Shown: positions 8,264 through 15,645 of the stretch, one piece after another
Layout: each line of letters opens with the position of its first letter
Numbering within the stretch: the stretch's first letter is position 1
Assembly: GCA_050261575.1 (NCBI GenBank)
Contig: JBLNDL010000023.1
Coordinates: 1-21,571 of the forward strand
Direction of reading: 5' to 3'
From: Sphingomonadaceae bacterium
GTDB taxonomy: Bacteria > Chloroflexota > UBA6077
Length of the DNA stretch: 21,571 nucleotides
Notes under the pieces: model-generated
Told to the model about the DNA's origin: nothing
Databases searched by the model: none
The model's input: the letters and a program-made list of their open reading frames with translations, nothing else
Program-made: the position numbers and the translations under genes

Positions 8264-10195
8264 ATGGACAGACCAGATGAGATACGGAGGGCGCGGACCG
8301 GCGCCAGACAACGTAATGGTGCTACCCCTGCCCGCTGGCAGGCTTCTCTCCTGGCAGGCCTCGTGGCGGTAGCCGCCATCGGCATCCTCTTCGTAGGGGC
8401 GACCGTGGCATATCGGCTGGTTCACTCCAACCACATCTTCCCCGGCGTGCGTCTCGGTAACGTGGATGTGGGGGGGATGACCCGCGAGAAGGCGCTCACC
8501 GTATTGCGGCCGGTGTATCAGGAGCGGTCAGCTCGCCCCATACTGCTGCGTGGACCCGGAGCGGATCGGCAGGCCTCCGCGGCCGAGCTTGGTGCCACCT
8601 TCGACGCCAACGCTGCAGTGGAGGAGGCGTACAGGGTGGGGCGAACCGGCGGGTGGGGGGAACGTTTGTCTGCCCAGTGGGGCGCACTAGTTCGAGGCCA
8701 CACCGTCGAGTCCTCTGGCGCGGCCGTCGATCGCCCGAAGCTCCAAAGCTATTTGGCTCGTCTGGCGCAGGAGATCGACCGCCCTGTCGAGGACGCGGAG
8801 TTGGTGATCGGCGAGGATCTCCGCGTTCGAGTCACCCCTTCGGTGGTGGGAAGGAAGCTGGACGTGGCCGGCGCCGCGTCCGCGATCGAGCGGGCGATAG
8901 TGACCGCCTCCGCCACTGTGGATCTCCCCGTCACCGAGACGCAGCCGACGCGGGTGGAGAAGGACCTGGAGGAGGCCAGGGCCAGAGTGAGCAGAATGCT
9001 CTCCGGTCCGGTGGCTCTGGAGTTCCAGGGGCGGCGGTGGGATCTCAGCCTCGAGGACATCGCCTCTCTGATCTCGGTGGAGCAGAAGCCGGGGGTGCGG
9101 GCGCCCACCGTGACCCTTCGCGACGAATCGTTGAAGAAGCTGGTGGAGCAGATCGCGGCCGACATCGATCAGCCGAAGAGCAATGCCCGCTACGACTGGA
9201 ACGGCGGCAATCTCAAGTTGCTGCGGCCGGGCCAGGACGGTCGGAAGCTGGATAGGACGAAGACTCTGGAGATGCTGAGCTCGGCGATCTCCGGCGAACA
9301 GAAGGTGGTGGCTCTCCCCGTCGAGGTCGACAAGGCCGCGGGTGGTTCACTCGATCCGGCCAGCCTCGGCATCAAGGAGCGGATCGAATACGGACAGACC
9401 ACCATCGCAGGGGTGCCGGAGAAGGTACACAACATCAAGCTGGCAGCGTCGCGGCTCAACGGCGTTCTGGTCGGCCCGGGGGAGATGTTCTCCTTCAATC
9501 GGGAGTTGGGCCCCACAACCCTAAAGAGCGGCTTCCAGATTGGGTTCGGCATATCCGTCAACAACGGGGAGATGCAGACGGTGCCTTCGGTGGCCGGAGG
9601 CATCTGCCAAGTGGCGACCACCTTGCTGCACGCGGTGTTCTGGGCCGGCTACCAGATCGAGGAGCGATACCCCCACCTGTACTGGATAGCGTCCTATGGG
9701 CAGCCTCCCAGGGGGATGGTCGGTCTGGATGCCACGGTGGATGACCCAGTACTCGACCTGAAGTTCATCAACAACACGGAGAACTACCTGCTGATTCAGA
9801 GCCGGGTCGAGGGCAACACCTTGGAGTTCGCGCTGTACGGCACCAAGCCCAACTGGAAGGTGGAAGTGGAAGGTCCGTTCATCACCAACGTGGTGAAGGC
9901 GGACCCGAAGACCGTGCGCCAGGAGGAGCCCACCTGGGAAGTGGGGCGCGAGTTGTGGGTCGAGCGGGCTACCGATGGCATGGATGTGGAGATCATCCGT
10001 AGGGTGACCCAGGGCAACGACGTTCGGACCCTCAACTTGAAGAGCAAGTACCAGCCTTCGCGCAACGTGTTGATGGTGGGTACCAAGAAGCCCGAGGCCG
10101 CCCCGGGGCAAGGTCCCGGGGCGACGGCGACCCCCGGAGGAGGTGGGCAACCCACGCCCGCCCCTGCTCCGGCCGCAACCCCGACACGCCGGTAG
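8264..10195 (+). CDS. VanW-family membrane-anchored protein with PG_binding_4-type domains (YoaR-like), 643 aa
   Basis: N-terminal TM helix and IFPGVRLGNVDVGGMT. VanW motifs HNIKLAA, PGEMFSFN, GGICQVATTL, IEERYPH, GLDATV and DLKFINNT. Pro/Gly-rich tail. Confidence 0.9.
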   Translation: MDRPDEIRRARTGARQRNGATPARWQASLLAGLVAVAAIGILFVGATVAYRLVHSNHIFPGVRLGNVDVGGMTREKALTVLRPVYQERSARPILLRGPGADRQASAAELGATFDANAAVEEAYRVGRTGGWGERLSAQWGALVRGHTVESSGAAVDRPKLQSYLARLAQEIDRPVEDAELVIGEDLRVRVTPSVVGRKLDVAGAASAIERAIVTASATVDLPVTETQPTRVEKDLEEARARVSRMLSGPVALEFQGRRWDLSLEDIASLISVEQKPGVRAPTVTLRDESLKKLVEQIAADIDQPKSNARYDWNGGNLKLLRPGQDGRKLDRTKTLEMLSSAISGEQKVVALPVEVDKAAGGSLDPASLGIKERIEYGQTTIAGVPEKVHNIKLAASRLNGVLVGPGEMFSFNRELGPTTLKSGFQIGFGISVNNGEMQTVPSVAGGICQVATTLLHAVFWAGYQIEERYPHLYWIASYGQPPRGMVGLDATVDDPVLDLKFINNTENYLLIQSRVEGNTLEFALYGTKPNWKVEVEGPFITNVVKADPKTVRQEEPTWEVGRELWVERATDGMDVEIIRRVTQGNDVRTLNLKSKYQPSRNVLMVGTKKPEAAPGQGPGATATPGGGGQPTPAPAPAATPTRR

Positions 10196-10209
10196 GTTGC
10201 CGGATTCGA

Positions 10210-10238
10210 TTGCCACTCCCGCCATTCCCCCATATACT
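10210..10238 (+). promoter_or_regulatory. sigma70/A promoter for the glycerate kinase-glycosyltransferase operon
   Basis: TTGCCA-17-TATACT. Confidence 0.7.
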
Positions 10239-10286
10239 GAGCGCGACAACGAGAGCCCAGAACTCCATGCAGTGGGGGATTGAGGA

Positions 10287-11648
10287 ATGTACCGGTTCGA
10301 CGACGAACTACTCAAGTCCGGCAGGATGAGCGGACAGAGAAGGGCTGCACTGGAGGTGCTCGCCGCGGCCCTGGAGGCGGCTGATCCGGGTAAGGCAGTC
10401 AAACGCTTTCTGCAGCTCCAAGGTGATCTCCTGCTGGTGGCCGACCGCAAGTACGACCTGCGGGGGTTCGATCGCGTGCTGGTGGTCGGCGCGGGCAAGG
10501 CGGGCTCCTCCATGGCGTCGGCGGTGGAGGAGGTGCTGGGCGACCGTGTTGCCGGGGGCATAGTGAACGTGAAGTACGGCCACGTTGCCCCGACCAAGCG
10601 TGTGCGCATCCACGAGGCCGGGCACCCGATGCCGGACGAGCAAGGGCTCGAGGGCACTCGGGAGATGGTGGATCTGCTCGAGGGTGCCGGTCCGCGGGAT
10701 CTGGTGATCACGGTCATCTCCGGCGGTGGTTCGGCCCTCATGGACCTGCCGGTCGATGGCATCACCCTAAATCACATGAAGGCGCTCACCGATGCGCTGC
10801 TGCGGAGTGGCGCCACCATCAACGAGATCAACACTATACGCAAGCACCTATCCCAGGTGAAGGGCGGCGGGCTCGCGAGGATCGCCAGTCCCGCTCGCGT
10901 GGTGTCCCTGATCCTTTCGGATGTGGTGGGCAACCCGCTGGACTTCATCGCCTCTGGCCCGACCGTTCCCGACAGCACCACCTTCCAAGATGCCTGGCGT
11001 GTGCTGGAGCAGTACGGGCTCACCGAGGCCGTTCCCGAGCCGATCGCGGTGCGGCTGCGGGCTGGCGTGCGTGGAGAGATCCCGGATACCCTCAAGGAGG
11101 GCGATCCAGTCTTCGAGAGGGTCCAGAACGTGGTCGTGGCCAGCAACGAACTGGCGGCGGAGGCCGCGGTGGCCAAGGCCCGAGAACTCGGCTTCAACAC
11201 CCTGCTTCTCTCCACCTTCGTCGAGGGTGAGGCGAGGGAGTTGGCGAAGATGTACGCCGCGATCGCCCGCGAGATGGTCGTGTATGGCCGGCCACTGGCC
11301 AGACCGGCGTGCGTGATTGCCGGCGGGGAGACGACGGTTACCGTGAGAGGCAATGGCAAAGGTGGCCGAAACCAGGAGATGGCCCTGGCGGCGGCGATCA
11401 AGATCGCGGGGCTGCAGGACGTCATGATCGTGCCGGCCGCCACCGACGGGACCGACGGCCCTACGGACGCGACTGGAGCCATAGCCGACGGTACGACCGT
11501 GGCGAGGGCGCTGGCCGCGGGGATGGACCCGGCGCAGTACCTGGCCAACAACGATGCCTACCACTTCTTCGAGAGGCTCGGGGATCTCATCAAGACCGGT
11601 CCGACCAACACCAACGTGAACGACCTGACCTTCGTGTACCTGTTCTGA
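10287..11648 (+). CDS. Glycerate 2-kinase, MOFRL/TtuD family, 453 aa
   Basis: GAGKA, EAGHPMPD, ISGGGSAL, RKHLSQVKGG, SDVVGN, GGETTV, GGRNQE, TDGTDG and TGPTNTNVND motifs. Confidence 0.93.
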   Translation: MYRFDDELLKSGRMSGQRRAALEVLAAALEAADPGKAVKRFLQLQGDLLLVADRKYDLRGFDRVLVVGAGKAGSSMASAVEEVLGDRVAGGIVNVKYGHVAPTKRVRIHEAGHPMPDEQGLEGTREMVDLLEGAGPRDLVITVISGGGSALMDLPVDGITLNHMKALTDALLRSGATINEINTIRKHLSQVKGGGLARIASPARVVSLILSDVVGNPLDFIASGPTVPDSTTFQDAWRVLEQYGLTEAVPEPIAVRLRAGVRGEIPDTLKEGDPVFERVQNVVVASNELAAEAAVAKARELGFNTLLLSTFVEGEARELAKMYAAIAREMVVYGRPLARPACVIAGGETTVTVRGNGKGGRNQEMALAAAIKIAGLQDVMIVPAATDGTDGPTDATGAIADGTTVARALAAGMDPAQYLANNDAYHFFERLGDLIKTGPTNTNVNDLTFVYLF

Positions 11649-11675
11649 TGGCAGACGGCTCACCAGGAGGGGATC

Positions 11676-12935
11676 ATGGCAGCATGGGACAGCGCGGTGG
11701 GCGGGGACGCCTGGGCGAAGGTTCGCGGGATCGGAAGCGCCGGGATGCTGGTTGGTATCCCCTGCTTCAACAACGCCCTCACCATCGGCCACGTCGTGAG
11801 TTCGGCGGCCGAGGGGCTCGCGCTCCACTTTCCGGGCGTCAGGGGGGTCATAGTGGCCTCGGACGGTGGCTCCACCGACGGCACCCTCCAGGTGGTGGAA
11901 CGCACGCCCGTGCCCGACGGCGTGGAGAAGGTGGCGCTGACCTACCAGGGGATACCGGGCAAGGGCAGCGCCTTCCGCGCCATCTTCGAAATCGCCCGGG
12001 CGCTGGGTGTGAAGGGCTGCGTGGTGGTGGACTCTGACCTTCGTAGCATCACTCCCGATTGGATCCGGCTGCTGGGCAATCCGGTGGCCGACGGCTCCTA
12101 CGGATACGTGGCCCCCTTCTACGTTCGCCACAAGTACGACGGAACCATCACCAACAGCATCGCCTACCCGATGACCCGTGCGCTGTACGGCGTCGCCGTC
12201 CGCCAGCCGATCGGTGGCGACTTCGGCTTCTCAGCGGGCCTTCTGGACCACTACCTCGGCCAGGATGTGTGGGAGAGCGACGTGGCCCGTTTCGGCATCG
12301 ACATCTGGATGACCACCACTGCCATCAACCAGGGATTCAGGGTGTGCCAGGCCCACCTGGGCGCCAAGATCCACGATGCCAAGGATCCGGCAGCCTCGCT
12401 CGGCCCGATGTTTCGGCAGGTGGTGGGCACTCTGTTCGCATTAATGAAGCGGCACGAGCGCAGATGGGCGGTCGCCGCCGGATCGGCCCCGGCGCCGCTG
12501 GTGGGCGAGCCCGTTTCGGTCGAGCCGGAGCCGGTGCCGGTGACCGTGTCCGCGATGGTGGAGCGATTCCGTGCGGCGTATCGGGCCGAGAGGGGGTTTT
12601 GGGCAGGCTTCCTGGCGGAGGAGAACCTGAGGCAGTTGGATGCCATCAGCGAGACGCCCGAGGAGGGCTTCCTCTTTCCTGTGGATCTGTGGGTGAAGAT
12701 CGTCTACGATTTCGCCGTGGCCTATCACCGGGCGGACCTCGACTCCAGCCGGGTGGTGGAGGCGCTGACCGGGCTGTACTACGGGCGCACGGCAGCCTTC
12801 TGCCGGGAGACAGCTACGATGACCACTGCGCAGGTGGAGTCGGGGACCATCGAGGAGGTAGCGCGGCGGTTCGAGGAGTTGAAGCCTTACTTGGTGCGAC
12901 GGTGGCGGGAATCCGCGCTGTTGGGGCGACCGTAG
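11676..12935 (+). CDS. Glucosylglycerate synthase (Ggs)/mannosylglycerate synthase-like GT-A glycosyltransferase, 419 aa
   Basis: GIPCFNN, SDGGSTDGT, GIPGKGSA, DSD (DxD), RHKYDGTITN, RQPIGGDFG, FGIDIWMTT and KIHDAKDP motifs. SD AGGAGG. Confidence 0.8.
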   Translation: MAAWDSAVGGDAWAKVRGIGSAGMLVGIPCFNNALTIGHVVSSAAEGLALHFPGVRGVIVASDGGSTDGTLQVVERTPVPDGVEKVALTYQGIPGKGSAFRAIFEIARALGVKGCVVVDSDLRSITPDWIRLLGNPVADGSYGYVAPFYVRHKYDGTITNSIAYPMTRALYGVAVRQPIGGDFGFSAGLLDHYLGQDVWESDVARFGIDIWMTTTAINQGFRVCQAHLGAKIHDAKDPAASLGPMFRQVVGTLFALMKRHERRWAVAAGSAPAPLVGEPVSVEPEPVPVTVSAMVERFRAAYRAERGFWAGFLAEENLRQLDAISETPEEGFLFPVDLWVKIVYDFAVAYHRADLDSSRVVEALTGLYYGRTAAFCRETATMTTAQVESGTIEEVARRFEELKPYLVRRWRESALLGRP

Positions 12936-12960
12936 GTCGCCCCCGCGCCAAAGGGGCTAC
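12936..12960. terminator. Hairpin between convergent stops
   Basis: GTCGCCCCC-GCGCCAA-AGGGGCTAC, imperfect and without a U tract. Confidence 0.35.
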
Positions 12961-13256
12961 ATCGATCTGACGGCCTTTTCGGCTCGCTTGAAGTAGCTGT
13001 CGACGTACTGTTCCGCATCCTTCAGCAGGTTCAGAAGCACCGGCTTCATCTCGGGGATCACCCTCTCGGAAACGAACTCACGGCCGAACCTAGCCGCCTC
13101 TGTCTCGCCGATGTCTTTCGCTCGCTCGATAACCATCTGAGGGGATATCCCCCTCTCCTCCCGAGGCGGCCTGCGAGCCATGGTGTAGGCCAGGATCCCT
13201 GCAACCAGACCACTGGCGAGAAGCACGGCCACCATCGGGAACCTGTTCGTGTTCAT
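12957..13256 (-). CDS. Small single-pass membrane protein, 99 aa, unknown function
   Basis: ATG 13256 follows AGGAGG. N-terminal TM (VAVLLASGLVAGILAYTMA), then RR and charged amphipathic helices. Confidence 0.8.
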   Translation of the reverse strand: MNTNRFPMVAVLLASGLVAGILAYTMARRPPREERGISPQMVIERAKDIGETEAARFGREFVSERVIPEMKPVLLNLLKDAEQYVDSYFKRAEKAVRSM

Positions 13257-13353
13257 TATCGTTCCTCCTGCTAGCCTTTGCCCAAGGGAGGTGGCGCGTC
13301 CGGCGAGTCGATCCGCTGGAGACGGGCCTCCCTCCAGCCCGGGCGGCAAGAGG

Positions 13354-13370
13354 GGCAAGATGCATGCCGA
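13354..13370 (-). promoter_or_regulatory. sigma54 -24/-12 promoter upstream of the 99-aa gene
   Basis: Minus strand TCGGCATGCATCTTGCC, GG-N10-GC. It begins immediately after the terminator-like hairpin of the activator gene. Confidence 0.6.
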
Positions 13371-13376
13371 TGGAAT

Positions 13377-13409
13377 CGAGCAGGGGCGGCAGCCTGCCGC
13401 CCCTGCTCG
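13377..13409 (-). terminator. Perfect 16-bp inverted repeat downstream of the activator gene
   Basis: CGAGCAGGGGCGGCAG-C-CTGCCGCCCCTGCTCG; weak U tract. Confidence 0.6.
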
Positions 13410-13482
13410 CGTAGAAGTCGTCGCTTGCCGGAGTATCGCGCGATGAAGTCCCACCTGCCGCCCCTGCTCGCGTAGAAGTCGT
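13393..13482. repeat. Exact 29-bp direct repeat x2 with a 32-bp unique spacer
   Basis: CCTGCCGCCCCTGCTCGCGTAGAAGTCGT at 13393-13421 and 13454-13482. Confidence 0.95.
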
Positions 13483-13484
13483 GT

Positions 13485-14855
13485 TTACGGCTGGATCTCG
13501 AGGGCCTTCAGTTTGGCTTCCAGCTCCGCAGTATCGAGACTGAGCATCTTGGCGACCGCCGCTACGTTGCCTTCTGCTCGGCTCAGCGCCTGCTGGAGAA
13601 GCTGCGTCTCGATGTCGGACATGATCTGCTGGTAGGACTGGTTCTCCTGCAGCTTCTGGTCCAGATCCACGAAGCGCTTCTGCTTGGCCGGGGTCAGGTA
13701 GAGATACTGGCTGGTGATGATGCCGCCCTGAGCCATCACCACAGCTCGCTCGATGGTGTTCTCCAACTCGCGGACGTTGCCCGGCCAGTCGTGCTTCATC
13801 AGCACCTTGATGGCCTCTTCGCTGATGCGGGAAGGTGGGCTGCTCACGCTGAAGCGGTGCTTGTGGAGGAAGTGTTCCACCAGGAGTGGGATGTCATCCT
13901 TGCGATCGCGCAGCGGGGGCATGAACACGGAGATCACGTTGAGCCGGTAGTAGAGATCCTCCCGGAAGCGGCCAGCAGCCACCTCTGCGGCGAGATCCTT
14001 GTTTGTGGCGGCGATGACGCGAACGTCCACCTGGATCGGCACTGAGCCGCCGACTCGCTCGAACTCCTTCTCCTGCAGCACCCGAAGCAGCTTCTTCTGG
14101 GTGCCCAGAGACATCTCGCCGATCTCGTCGAGGAAGATGGTCCCCTTGTGGGCGAGTTCGAAGCGGCCCTTCCGCTGGACCATGGCTCCGGTGAATGAGC
14201 CCTTCTCGTGGCCGAACAGCTCACTCTCCAGCAGCGTCTCCGGCAGGGCGGCGCAACTCACCTTTACCAGCGGTCCCTGGCGACGTGTCGAGTGCTGATG
14301 GAGGGTGTGAGCCACCAACTCCTTGCCGGTGCCGGTCTCTCCCCAGATCAGAACCGTGGCGTCGCTGCGTGCCACGCGGCCGATGGTCTTGTAGACCTCC
14401 TGCATCGCCTGGGTCTTGCCGATGATCTTGTCGGAAGGGTCGGGCTTCTCCAACTGCCCCCGTAGCTTCTTGACCTCCGCCGTGAGCTCCTGATACTCGA
14501 AGAAGCGGCGGACGGTGAGCAGGACGTCATCGAGCTCGAAGGGCTTGGTTATATAGTCAAACGCACCCAACTGGATCGCTTGGATGGCGGAGTTGGCGGT
14601 GCCGTGAGCTGTCATCAACAGGACCGGGACCTTGATGTTCTGCTCTCCGAGCTTCTTCATCACCTCGATCCCGTCCCACTCGGGCATACGAAGATCCATG
14701 ATGACGAGATCGGGGGTGTGCTCCGGCAGCATCCGCAGCACCTCACCGCCGGACTTGGCCTCGGTGGTGTCGTACCCCTCGCTCTCCAAGAAGTTGCGCA
14801 AGAGCAAACGGATCGACGGATCGTCATCAGCAATTAGGATTTGCCTCTTTGTCAT
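13485..14855 (-). CDS. sigma54-dependent response regulator (NtrC/AtoC-type bEBP: receiver, AAA+, degenerate Fis-type HTH), 456 aa
   Basis: Receiver ADDD / MDLRMP / TA / KP. Walker A GETGTGKE, ESELFGHEKGSFTGA, Walker B FLDEIGE, FREDLYYRLNV and WPGNVRELEN. Confidence 0.95.
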   Translation of the reverse strand: MTKRQILIADDDPSIRLLLRNFLESEGYDTTEAKSGGEVLRMLPEHTPDLVIMDLRMPEWDGIEVMKKLGEQNIKVPVLLMTAHGTANSAIQAIQLGAFDYITKPFELDDVLLTVRRFFEYQELTAEVKKLRGQLEKPDPSDKIIGKTQAMQEVYKTIGRVARSDATVLIWGETGTGKELVAHTLHQHSTRRQGPLVKVSCAALPETLLESELFGHEKGSFTGAMVQRKGRFELAHKGTIFLDEIGEMSLGTQKKLLRVLQEKEFERVGGSVPIQVDVRVIAATNKDLAAEVAAGRFREDLYYRLNVISVFMPPLRDRKDDIPLLVEHFLHKHRFSVSSPPSRISEEAIKVLMKHDWPGNVRELENTIERAVVMAQGGIITSQYLYLTPAKQKRFVDLDQKLQENQSYQQIMSDIETQLLQQALSRAEGNVAAVAKMLSLDTAELEAKLKALEIQP

Positions 14856-14891
14856 TACCGTTGCTCCCTATTGCTAATAGTTGCACACCTT

Positions 14892-14920
14892 ATTATAGCC
14901 GATTACGGCCCTCCATTCAA
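14892..14920 (-). promoter_or_regulatory. Near-consensus sigma70/A promoter of the activator gene
   Basis: Minus strand TTGAAT-17-TATAAT. Confidence 0.8.
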
Positions 14921-14984
14921 GCTAGAAGTACATGGTTGCCGGTTAAGCCATCGATCGATCGACTGGGGAGTGCAGGACGGTCGA

Positions 14985-15605
14985 TTACTTGCTCTCTGCG
15001 CGAAGGGCGCGATACTCGGCGGCGGCTGTCTTGAAATCCTCGATGGCCTGGCGCAGCACCACGTCGTAGTCGCTGCCCTCCAGCCGGAGGATGTAGGCGG
15101 GGTGGTAGGTGGCAATCAGCTTCTTCCCCGAGGGTCCGCTGAACCACTGGCCGTGCTCTTGGGTCATCCGGAAGCCGCGGTGAATCAGCACGTTGGCGGC
15201 GAGGTTGCCCAGGCAGAGGATCAGCTTTGGGGAGATGATCTTCAGTTCGCGGTCGAGCATCTCCTTGTAGTACGTCAGTTCGTCGGCCCTGGGCAGACGG
15301 TTCTTGATCTTTCCATCCACCGTCTTGGAGGCTCTGCGCTTCAGCACGTTCGTCAGCCAGATTTCCCGCCTATCCAGGTCTGCCGCTGCCAGCAGCTTGT
15401 CCAGCAACTGGCCGGCTCGCCCGACGAAGGGGCGCCCCTCCATCTCCTCGCGCTCCCCAGGTCCCTCTCCCACGATGACGAAGGGCGAAGTGGGGTCGCC
15501 CTCACCGAACACAACCTTCTCCGACGTCTCCGCCAGCGGGCAGGTCTTGCACTCTTCCAACTCCCTATTAAGTTGTTCCAGTTCTCGGGCGACGTCTCGC
15601 TTCAC
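14985..15605 (-). CDS. Uracil-DNA glycosylase, family 4-like, 206 aa
   Basis: CKTC, VFGEG, GEGPG, GRPFVGRAGQLL, WLTNVLK and TYHPAYILR motifs. GTG 15605 follows AGGGA. Confidence 0.88.
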   Translation of the reverse strand: MKRDVARELEQLNRELEECKTCPLAETSEKVVFGEGDPTSPFVIVGEGPGEREEMEGRPFVGRAGQLLDKLLAAADLDRREIWLTNVLKRRASKTVDGKIKNRLPRADELTYYKEMLDRELKIISPKLILCLGNLAANVLIHRGFRMTQEHGQWFSGPSGKKLIATYHPAYILRLEGSDYDVVLRQAIEDFKTAAAEYRALRAESK

Positions 15606-15645
15606 GATCGTATCCCTGCCTATCCCGCGGGCTTTCCCGTCGTAC

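Noticed and set aside
8264..10195. Vancomycin resistance locus
   Set aside because: The VanW domain alone is widespread; vanHAX and vanRS are absent.
14985..15605. UdgX assignment
   Set aside because: Lacks GEQPG and the KRRIH covalent-His loop.
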